Under the pieces are notes generated by a model. That model ran no database searches, had not been told where the DNA came from, and saw only the letters and a list, made by a program, of their open reading frames with translations. Both the position numbers and the translations under genes were made by a program. DNA of 64,000 bases from an uncultured Desulfospira sp. (GTDB taxonomy: Bacteria; Desulfobacterota; Desulfobacteria; Desulfobacterales; Desulfobacteraceae): contig OY760175.1 of assembly GCA_963663165.1 (NCBI GenBank), positions 4,256,001-4,320,000 of the forward strand, read 5' to 3'. This document shows, in pieces, positions 30,028 to 39,576 of this stretch (positions are counted from its first letter, which is position 1; each line of letters begins with the position of its first letter).

Positions 30028-31268
30028 TATTTTTTCCCCTTTTTTATTGACTTGGGCGCGCCAAAGTTGACCAGGGGATCGCCAAAACCCAAATGACCTT
30101 CCATCCAGAGATGTCCGATGGAGCCGCCGGCTTCTATCATTTCAGGCATACCCGGGATATCAGAGACCCTGACCGCCTTGGTAAAACCGCTGTCATCCCG
30201 GTACAGGACACGCACTTCAGTATCCCGCATGGCATTGAGCAGAAACGGAGAGTGGCTGGTGATCAACAATTGTGCGTTTTCAGACGCAGCCCGGCACTCC
30301 TCGGCCAGTTCCGGCAGCAGACGGGGGTGAAGAAAATTTTCCGGCTCTTCAATGCCCACAAAACGCGGCGGTTCCGGATCATAAAGCACTGTCAGGTACG
30401 CCAGCATTTTCATGGTCCCGTCTGAGGCAAATTTTGAGAGCACCGGTTTTTCAAAGGGCGCGTCCTTGATCTGCAACAGCAGCCGTCCGTCCGGCATGGG
30501 GTCCGCATCAACGCGCTCCAGCCGGGGGATTCTTTTTCGAAGGATTTCAAATATCTTTTCAAGGCGGTCCGGGTGCTGCTCCTTTAAATACTGGATCACA
30601 TTGGGCAGATTGTCTCCTGTCTTGCTCAACCGCTCCTGGGGGCCTGCTTCGGGCTGGTTGCGGGTTTGATCAATGGAGAGATAGGAGACATACCAGTCCG
30701 TGATAAATTCTCGTAATGCCGCAATCCTTGGATGATCCGACAACTGTCCCAGGGTGTTGACAGCGATCAGATCAGGAGACGTCAGGTTGGATTCGGTGCG
30801 AACATCATCCACATCAGGGACCTCTCCGCTGACCGCTTTGCCCATGCCCCGGTGGAACTCCAGAAACCGGAAGGGCTGGCCCTTGCTGCCCCTGCGCCAC
30901 TGCAACCACTCATCCACCACTTCAGGGCCTTTTTTCCCTTCGTCAATGGCCAGATGATAGGTGATAATCGGTGTCTTTGGCGCTTCCCGGTACTTGAGTT
31001 CAAACACAATGGGGCCGTTTGCCCCCCGGGATTTAATCTCTTTTCCCCGGCCCCGGCGGTCCCAGGCATGGCGCAGGCCAAATTGAAAACATTCGGATAG
31101 AAAATTGAACAGATCAAAGATGGTGGATTTCCCGCTGCCGTTGGGGCCTAAAAGCACGGTCATGGGGGTGAGTTTATCCAGGGTGACATCTTTCAGCGCC
31201 CGAAAGTTTTTCACCTTTACCGACTCAATCCTTGGCATGCCTTTTTTCTTTGAAGATATATTGTGCAT
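30027..31268 (-). CDS. ABC-type (AAA_21/OLD-like) ATPase
   Basis: [41 protein letters not shown] before 31268. Confidence 0.9.
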   Translation of the reverse strand: MHNISSKKKGMPRIESVKVKNFRALKDVTLDKLTPMTVLLGPNGSGKSTIFDLFNFLSECFQFGLRHAWDRRGRGKEIKSRGANGPIVFELKYREAPKTPIITYHLAIDEGKKGPEVVDEWLQWRRGSKGQPFRFLEFHRGMGKAVSGEVPDVDDVRTESNLTSPDLIAVNTLGQLSDHPRIAALREFITDWYVSYLSIDQTRNQPEAGPQERLSKTGDNLPNVIQYLKEQHPDRLEKIFEILRKRIPRLERVDADPMPDGRLLLQIKDAPFEKPVLSKFASDGTMKMLAYLTVLYDPEPPRFVGIEEPENFLHPRLLPELAEECRAASENAQLLITSHSPFLLNAMRDTEVRVLYRDDSGFTKAVRVSDIPGMPEMIEAGGSIGHLWMEGHLGFGDPLVNFGAPKSIKKGKK

Positions 31269-33181
31269 GGGTTTTATCTCCTGTTTACCCGGATAATTGA
31301 CCGGTTTCAATGATCTGTTGGATCAGATCCCGCATTTGGGTTTCCGACAGTTCTCTGGGCTGCCACTCCCATTTTGTCACTCCCGTATCTTTGCCCCGGC
31401 GGATGACCGGCACCTCTATCTCTTCCCAGAAATCGTTTTCCACATCATGGGCAATGGCAAGGCTCCGGTCTGTATGGCATTTTCTAAGCACCCGTTCCGG
31501 CCAGATGCTTCCGGCCAGGTGCGCCCAATCATACTCCCCTTTTTCCAATTTCTCCCAGGTTTCTTTCAGTTTTTTCTGCCATTGTTTGTGCTGGAACAGT
31601 TTCCACAAGGGAGCTGCCGTGATCTGGACCCCGTCGTTCAGGTTGGGTTTCCAAAATTTAGCAATCCGCAGCAGTTCATCCCTGAAATCCTTCAGCTCGG
31701 CTTCCAGGTCGGTGAGTTTTGCCAGCTCTTTTTCTTCGGCGGTGCTGCGATTAGATTTGCTGCTTAAATCGTTCAGGTCATCTGTGACGGATTTAAGTTT
31801 TGGCTCAACAAAATCATTTATGCAGGTATAGAGGGTTTGTTCACTTATTTGGGGATAATACACCCAGAGCCTATAAGACCCAGAAGGTATAGAGAAGGGC
31901 CAATAAATTGGAGCGATTCGTTTACTTCGACTATATGTTTTTAAATGATAATTTAAGAACTCATTTTTCAAGCACTGAAGAACATCAATTGTAATTTCAA
32001 TTTCTACAATGGATAAAATTTTTTCTAACAAGCTTTGAATATCGTTTGGATGATTAGAATCTTCTGGTAATATTCCGCAATGCTCCCAAAACGGCTTGCT
32101 GTTGTATGGCACCATCCCTGGACTAAGAAATGGCAATGAATCAAAAGGTTCAGGCTCTTTGGGTATAGAGCGTTTGCCAATAGCAAGACTAATATCGAAA
32201 CGCCCAAAGGCGACTCCAAAAGCCCAACTGATCAATTCTAAAATCTGATCTTCGTCTAAAGAGGACTCGTTTTTATCCTTTTTCTCGTTTTGATCATTTA
32301 AAACAACATTTTTGTTTTTCAGCAAAAGTTTTAAATCTGTTTCGGGGAAATTATATAATTCAATAGCTAATTCATCGATTTCTTTTTGTATGGTATCTAT
32401 TTCAAGCTCAATTTCATCGAAATTATACGTAGTGTACTTCAAAAAAAGATAGCGAGGGAGGGTAAAAGCGTGCGATGTCTCAGAAATAGAGTCAAGTCGA
32501 TATTTTAATAACCAAATTCGACTTGACATACTAGCTAATTTAAATTTTATATCATCTTTAATTGGAGGCCATGGCATTCGCTGTAAGACCCCAACGATGA
32601 ATTCTGGGAATTCAAACCGCCCAAGAGCAACTTTAAAAATATAGTCAAAAACTTTGCTATTAAATATAGATAACGTTGATAATTCCTCCCCTTCAGGAAG
32701 AAAAGCACAATATCCGCGGGCAGAAAAACTACCTCCTTTTGACAAAATGTGAGGAGAAAAAGAACGAGCCCTAAGTGGCCATGTTAAACCTACCTTCCCA
32801 AAAAACTGATTTCCATCAAGCCTTGTCCCTGGAATAATTTTCGTTTCATAGCCAGCTCTTAATTCTTTACCATTATTTAACCAATTTAAAAGCAGTTGTT
32901 GGTCAGAATAATAAGGAGAGTGGCTTCCTCCTTTAGCAAATGGAAGCCATCCGTCATCCAGCTTTATCTCCCACCAAGTGCGTAAAAATCTTTCATCGTT
33001 TCCTGTCGTTAATCCATGTTTTACAAAGCGGCCATTCAATTCAAATTTTTCATTTTTTTTAAAAATGTTATGCAAAAGTTTGCTTGTCCAATACGCAAAT
33101 GGTATTCCAGGGATACATGAAAACGAATTTGGCTCTACCAAAAAGACCTATGACCACAAAATTCAGTTGGATTTTGTAGAA

Positions 33182-35005
33182 TCATGAACATTTCTCCAAA
33201 GCCAGTTGAATTTTTTCCGGCAGATTATCCATTATTATCAATTTCCTAAAGCCCGGCAGTACCCGGTCGGTATGAGAAATTGAAGAAATAGGTTCATATC
33301 CGTCGATTTCGAGGTCCGCGAACAGTTCTTCAAGATTTTTCTTCCCATTCAGAAGCAAGTGCATATACTCAGGATTTCCCAAATTTTTTATCAGGGGCGT
33401 GTCAGCCAGCATTGCATGCAAAATCCGCCGCATTGAGTTGTTACCGGTTTTTCTTCGATGATCACGGCGCAGCCCCCGAAAAAATTGTTCCAACAGGTTG
33501 TTGGTGCGCTGAGGATAGATGGTTATTTTTCCGGACGGAGTGTCGACCTCAATGGGATCTGCAAACAGTCGTTCATCGTATTTATCGATCTGTTTAGCCA
33601 ACTTTTGACAAAGCAGATCTCTTTTGTACTTGGTGTTTTTATCAAGTCTCGAACGGAATCGGCCTACGGCTTTTTGGATACTGTTCATGGATTTGTTCGA
33701 TCCATCATCATTCAAGCCGTTCCGTCCGGAAGGATCTGCAATACGCATTTTTCTCCGGAGGTCATCAAAAAGCAGGGTCCGCCATTCAAGATCATCAATA
33801 GATCGAATGAAATCGGGATCATTACAGATATTTTTGGCCAGGTTATTGAGCTTGCCAAATAACCGTTCTCCAACTTTGTCCCGGGGGACCTTTTTTTGAA
33901 TGGAGGGTAGAGAATCTTTCAATTGCGCAATTCTGCGGGCAAAGGCCAGAAGTGGTCGATCAAACGGGAACCCATATCCGTTTCCTTCTTTTTTACCCTG
34001 TAGGCACCACAGGCACAGAGAATAGATCGAAGCCGAAGATGTCTGATCCATAGTTTCTAACGTATGTCCTTCTGTAATGGCAGCTGTCAGGTGCTCCGCA
34101 TCAAGAGCATGGTTATCAATCCGTTGGTGAAGATCGCGGATAATTTCACCCAGCCTGGTGGTGGCGGCATGTTTTTGCAGGGTTTTTCTTAATTGACCGT
34201 AAGAGGGTTCGAGCAGATCCTTTCCAGCATCCCGCAGAAAATGAAAATGGCAGACAAAGTCTCGGGTACCAGGAAAAACCAGGGACACTGCTTTACAGAT
34301 ACCAGTCCCCATGTCATGGACACAGGCAATGGGGGGGCCGTAGTTTCTTTGCAGTTGCTCAAGGAAAGGTACGATATGGTCGGTATGTTCGCTGGGGATT
34401 TTTACATTGCCCAGTACAATCTGCTTCAGACCGTCCATCCCGGTCATCAGAACTGGAGCATCTCCTTCATGGGTGGCATCCAGGTGCAATATGTATCCGC
34501 CGCTGCGGTTCATGGCCTGTTCAATGCGAGGGGTGGCCTGCTGGTGCGCCAATGCGAGGTAGAGAATGAATTTGCGTCCAAGGTATTCGACTTCTGAAGG
34601 GCTCAAATCAATATTTTTGAGCATAAGTTCAAGGCAGACCTCATCAGTTGTCAGACAGCGATGGTAAAGACTTTTACCGACAAAGACAAGGACATCCCAT
34701 GCCACATTACAATATCTGGCAACGATGTTCCGCAAATCTTTCGAACGGTAAACTTTTCGGCATGTCCGGCAGTGGTACAGGGTCTCATGGGCTTTAAAAG
34801 GACCGCTCATGGTAAACACGGTTTTTCGTCTGGTTTTCTGGACAAAAAGAGTCCTGCCGCAAGAACAACGATTCTCTTTGGGCCGAAACCTGACGTCCGG
34901 GGGATTCGGGAACAATGCCCCCGGCAGTGTATCGTGGTAAAGCCGGGTTAAATTCCGGCTGAGCGCGAGCCAGGCCTTGGCTCCGGAATTCAGGCCTTTT
35001 TTTTT
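33182..35005 (-). CDS. Transposase catalytic ORF (orfB), probably entered by a -1 frameshift
   Basis: Zn finger CSCG...H..CRTC; LHLDAT, VHDMG, CHFHFLRD, RTNNLLEQFF. Confidence 0.78.
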   Translation of the reverse strand, partial: KKKGLNSGAKAWLALSRNLTRLYHDTLPGALFPNPPDVRFRPKENRCSCGRTLFVQKTRRKTVFTMSGPFKAHETLYHCRTCRKVYRSKDLRNIVARYCNVAWDVLVFVGKSLYHRCLTTDEVCLELMLKNIDLSPSEVEYLGRKFILYLALAHQQATPRIEQAMNRSGGYILHLDATHEGDAPVLMTGMDGLKQIVLGNVKIPSEHTDHIVPFLEQLQRNYGPPIACVHDMGTGICKAVSLVFPGTRDFVCHFHFLRDAGKDLLEPSYGQLRKTLQKHAATTRLGEIIRDLHQRIDNHALDAEHLTAAITEGHTLETMDQTSSASIYSLCLWCLQGKKEGNGYGFPFDRPLLAFARRIAQLKDSLPSIQKKVPRDKVGERLFGKLNNLAKNICNDPDFIRSIDDLEWRTLLFDDLRRKMRIADPSGRNGLNDDGSNKSMNSIQKAVGRFRSRLDKNTKYKRDLLCQKLAKQIDKYDERLFADPIEVDTPSGKITIYPQRTNNLLEQFFRGLRRDHRRKTGNNSMRRILHAMLADTPLIKNLGNPEYMHLLLNGKKNLEELFADLEIDGYEPISSISHTDRVLPGFRKLIIMDNLPEKIQLALEKCS

Positions 35006-35619
35006 ATCCCGTGTGTATCGAAAAGCGTTTGAATCTGATCTGTGTTGATCCGCACTCCTGTTTTTTGAAAAACAGATTTGGCCAACTGTTTCAAATCCAA
35101 ACCGGGTTTCTGGATAAATACCACGAGGATCTGTACAGCCAACTCCGCCGGCAGGGGTGTATATTCCGTTTGAAGGGCTTTTTCCTGAACATCGGCTTTG
35201 ACAGGATCGATGGCCAGGTACACATAGGAACTGCCGTGCTTTTGTCTTTGCAGCTGCCCCTTGCGGTATAATTGAACCAGAACGGCATGGCAGCGGCACC
35301 GAAGCAACTGCCCCAGTTGATCGGCTGTCATCCCCGATGTGCTTTTCTCGACCAGATTCACCAGCGTATGGGTAAGCGGGCCATGTCTTGAAAAACCGAT
35401 ATCCCGGTAAAACCAAAGACCCTTGCTGCTGAAACGGGGTATCGAGGCCAGGGTGTACCATTTCCCATTGTGGGAAAAACTGCTGAAGTAACCGGTTTTG
35501 GCCAGGAATCGCCGAACTGAAGGGATGGAGTAGTTCATTCGCTCGGCCAGTGGTTGGATCATCCAGCATTTGTTTTCCTGAAAGGCTGAAATCAGCTTCA
35601 GGTCTGGTGTTTTGTCCAT
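34990..35619 (-). CDS. IS orfA, putative DNA-binding protein
   Basis: GGAGG RBS before MDKTPDL; ends GIKKKA* on an A9G run. Confidence 0.7.
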   Translation of the reverse strand: MDKTPDLKLISAFQENKCWMIQPLAERMNYSIPSVRRFLAKTGYFSSFSHNGKWYTLASIPRFSSKGLWFYRDIGFSRHGPLTHTLVNLVEKSTSGMTADQLGQLLRCRCHAVLVQLYRKGQLQRQKHGSSYVYLAIDPVKADVQEKALQTEYTPLPAELAVQILVVFIQKPGLDLKQLAKSVFQKTGVRINTDQIQTLFDTHGIKKKA

Positions 35620-36489
35620 ATGTACCAGCACCTCCTGATAAAGTATTGCAAATATACTCAGAACTAACCAAATATATGCAATACTTTATCAAAAGCGGGC
35701 TGACATTACAAGCCTTGATTTGAATTTTTACTAGCAAGTAATATAACCCAGGATCCTTTATTTTCGGGTCTTTTACAATTTTTTGTTTTTTATGGGTCAA
35801 ATTAAGAATGAGAAAAAATGTCATAAAAAAATGATCAAGTATGGCATTTTTTGGCTTGTAACCGATTGACATTATTGAATCCAACCGTTATTTGTGATCA
35901 TAGAAAAAGACATTATTATTTTTATTACCTTCGCAAAACGCATCACAAAATTTTTGTAACTTACTCTCTTTATTTTTATTTTCTAACAATCTAAAAAAAA
36001 TAGATTCTTCAATATTTTTTATAATAACGCGTTGTTTGCTTATTACATACGCAGCAGCTTCCACCATGGCATCATCCATTACACCATACCCCAAGTCCGC
36101 CATAACTTCGGGCTTCCCGATTCCCAACACAACCGCTTCGCGCCATTTCTGAAAACTGGAGAGAAAAAAGCAAGTTCGCGAGGTGATAGCTCCGATACGG
36201 CCGCAAGGATAAAGCAGAGCCAAACCGCGCTCCACAAAAAGCGCCAATAAATCATTTTTGCTGTTGGGATATGCCTTTGTCATTTGCTGTTTGCTTTTTA
36301 AGGCCATTGCTCCAAAGGGAGGATTCATCAACACAACATCAAACCGTTTCCGGCAAAGATCAATAAAAGCAAAACCCTTGGCGGCATCTTGAACAAAAAG
36401 CCGCTTTTGTCCATTGTCAGACTCGGCCTGGTCTGCATATTTTTTTAGCGTATCAAGGATTTGTTTTTCAGCAGTATCCCAGAAGTTGG

Positions 36490-36523
36490 AGTGGTCAGTG
36501 GTCAGTGGCCGGTGGCCAGTGGG
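36490..36523. repeat. Heptamer tandem repeat (AGTGGTC-like, about 4.5 copies) inside pglX
   Basis: AGTGGTC AGTGGTC AGTGGCC GGTGGCC AGTGG; encodes PTGHRPLTTDH. Confidence 0.8.
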
Positions 36524-37724
36524 TTCAAATCCCGGGAGGTTTAATTGCAGGGATTTTTGGTATTCTTTTTTTGCTTTTTTAATAGCGGTTTGAATTTCTT
36601 CCTCTATCTTTAGAAGGGTCCCGGCCTCCCCGGCCAGTTCCATTTTATCGAAAATGGTTTCAACCAGTTGCCCCAACACCGGAGGATGCAGCGTTGATGT
36701 GAACTCTTTAAGTATTTCCCTATCCCCTGGCATGGGTTCGGCGCAGACAATGTTGGACTTTTTAATCCCGGGGCGCTCATTGGGTTTCACACCCATCTGA
36801 TGCCAGGCCCGGTGTGCCCGCTGCCAGAGGGAAAGCCCTGCAATTTGAACGGCTCTTGGGTCAATATCCACGCCGTGGATGTTATGCTCAATGATCAGTT
36901 TGGGGATGGCTTTCTGGAATTCCTCAAAATCTGCAAACGAATCCTGCAACGGCTTGAGTTCTTTTGACCGTTCCAATTCATCGGATCCCAGCTCCGTTTC
37001 AAGTTGCCATGCTTCGTCATAAATCTTTTCAAAAAGGTCAAAGGCATAGAGCCCGAAGTGCATAGACCCGCAGGCAGGATCAAGCATTCGGATATTCCTG
37101 GGATCTTTGAGCGCCCTGAATGGAATGTATACTTCCTGCTTGAGCAGCTCTTCCTGGGACAGGCTTTCACTCTCTTCTGGGTTCGTATCCGGAGCTTGTT
37201 CTCCCTTTGCCAAAAAAATTTCATTGGGCCTGCGGACCAGGTATTGGCAGGAGTCCACAAGGCCAGTTTTCCCCTGGGTCATTTCATACCAGATCCGGCC
37301 CAGGGTGTTGTCCGTGAGGAACTCCACCACATAGCGGGGGGTAAAAAACTGGTTGCGCACCGCCAATTCCCGGCTGTTTCGCGGGGCCTGGGATTCGGCC
37401 CGCATTTTTTTACGTTCTTCCTGGGAGTTGAAATACTGATAGATCCAGCCAATGGTCTCATCTTCGGCCCAGAGGTGCTCAATCTCAAAATGGTTGATTT
37501 GGTCCAGCAGGGCCAGCAATGCGGATTCCCGGGGAAAGAGCCGTCCCTGGACGCTGTACCGGTCAAAGAGTACGGAAAGATCCAGGCTGAATTCATCAAA
37601 CAGGCTGAACAGATACTGGCGGTAGGTATCTCCGGTAACGGTTTGCTCGGTCTTGCCCAGGGCAGTGCCGGCCAGGTTTTTATACAGCTGAAATCCTTTT
37701 GAACTATACCCTTTGGATATGGAT

Positions 37725-39225
37725 TATAATGGACCCCAGAATTCGAACCAGTTGCTAAGCTACACGTGAAGTGATAAAAGCCCGGTTCGAATTTGTACCG
37801 AAAAAGGAGGTCTATGAGAAAAAATTACACTGGAAAATTCAAAGCGAAAGTTGTTGTAGATGTGATTCGTGAAAATGAAACGGTTTCTGAGCTGGCGACC
37901 AAGTACGAAATTCACAGAACCTTATTAACCAGGTGGAAAAATGAGGCACTGGAAGGACTACCGGATCTTTTTTCATCAGCCAAACAGAAAAAGGAAAATG
38001 ACAATCAGAATTTGATAGACGAGTTATATAAGAAAATCGGTCAGCTCGAAATCGAGAATGACTGGTTAAAAAAAAAGGTTGACACAATCGGTTGATGACC
38101 GAAAAAGCCTGATAGAGCAAAATCACCCAAGCATAAGTATTAACAGGCAATGTGAGCTGCTTCAAGTTTCGAAAGGGGCACTGTATTACAGGCCGAGACC
38201 GATAGATCCATACACTCTTATCCTGATGGATCTGATTGATAAACAGCACACGCAGATACCTTTTTATGGAAGTCGAAGGCTGACAGCCTTTTTGAACAGT
38301 AGCGGTCATCTGGTCAACAGAAAGCGGGTGCAGCGCCTAATGCGGCTTATGCGGATCGAGGCCCTTTATCCCAAACCCAAAATAACCAGGAGGAATGAAA
38401 ATCATAAGATTTATCCATATCTGTTGAAAGGGGTCGCAATCATGAAGCCTGACCAGGTATGGAGTACCGACATTACGTATATCCGAATCGGCAATGGATT
38501 TATGTACTTATCAGCGGTGATAGATTGGTTTAGCAGGTATGTCCTTTCGTGGCGGCTCAGCAATACCCTTGAAAATACCTTTTGTATTGAAGCGCTTGAG
38601 GAAGCATTGATTGTATCAACGCCTGAAATTTTCAACACTGATCAGGGCAGTCAGTTCACTTCATTGAAATTTTTGAAAATACTGCAAGCCAGGAATATCA
38701 AAATCAGTATGGATTCAAGGGGTAGAGCCCTGGACAATGTCTTTGTGGAACGACTGTGGAGAACCATCAAATATGAGGAAGTATATTTAAAGGATTACCG
38801 AACAGTAAAGGAGGCCCAGGAGTCGTTGAAAGCATTTATTAAATTTTATAATCAGGAGAGACTTCATCAGGCCCTGGGATATAGGGTGCCGCTGTCAGTC
38901 TATCGAGCAGCTTAAATCTTGCCTCCGGCGGCCCTACGGGGTTATTTATTCCGCGCTAAGGCGCGGGGATTTAACGCTTTAAGGACAAAAACATGGGAAA
39001 AGGGCAGCATACAGTTGATTGCATACTGCCCCCATGTCTTCGTCACCAGCCACGGCGCTCGGGTTGCTTCCCAGCATTGCCCTATCCTCCGGACCGGCGG
39101 CGGGATAGTAACATGATCGTATGAAATGGCAAGAACAATCTGGCAAGGATGGGTACCGGGAAGATATCCCAGAAAAATGTAGCTTAAAAAATATCAAAAT
39201 CGGTCTTGACATAGGGTCCACTTCA
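37725..39225 (+). mobile_element. IS3-family insertion sequence (1501 bp) inserted in pglX
   Basis: IRs TATAATGGACCCCAGAATTCGAACC / TGAAGTGGACCCTATGTCAAGACC; 3-bp TSD GAT at 37722-37724 and 39226-39228. Confidence 0.93.
37814..38915 (+). CDS. IS3-family transposase OrfAB (programmed -1 frameshift at A9G, 38068-38077)
   Basis: OrfA HTH/leucine zipper ending DWLKKK; OrfB YGSRR, WSTDITY, NTDQGSQF, DNVFVERLW, YN..RLH. Confidence 0.93.
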
Positions 39226-39576
39226 GATTCAATGAGAAAGCCCCGGGATTCGGCCATGCGAAGGGCACCCAGGCGGTTGAGGACCGTGAATGCCTGTTCC
39301 CGGATAATGCGGTTCAGGGCCTGGCAGGTCCGCTCCTTCTGGGATTTACCCTGGATGGTTGTAAGATAATGGGCCAGGGTTTCCCGCAGCAGCAGGGCGG
39401 TCTGTTTGCCCTGGTTATCCAGGAAGGTCAGGGTTTCAAGATCAGCAATGGTCCCGGTTTTGGGGTCCATGCCATAGGTGGACTGCAGTTGGCGGGTAAA
39501 CTCCTCGGTTAAAACGGCCCGGGATTCAGACACAAATTTCTGCAGACGGGTGCGGGTGGTTTGATCAAAGGCCATG

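Larger units (their letters stand above)
33148..35903 (-). mobile_element. 2756 bp two-ORF IS with a Mutator/IS256-like DDE transposase, inserted in pglX
   Basis: IRs CTATGACCACAAAATTCAGTTGGATT / CTATGATCACAAATAACGGTTGGATT; 8-bp direct repeat AAAAAGAC at 33140-33147 and 35904-35911. Confidence 0.9.
31285..39575 (-). pseudogene. pglX: PglX adenine methyltransferase split by two IS elements
   Basis: QFFTPRYVV, LDPACGSMHF, GVDID, NPPF, APIYWP, DDG-like NDGVQI, YDWAHLA. Excising both IS plus one TSD each gives 4023 bp in frame (about 1340 aa). Confidence 0.92.

Noticed and set aside
33182..35884. A single 900-aa transposase as listed in the ORF track
   Set aside because: Its first ~290 codons overlap the IS end and orfA in another frame and look non-coding. 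An orfA/orfB frameshift explains the layout better.
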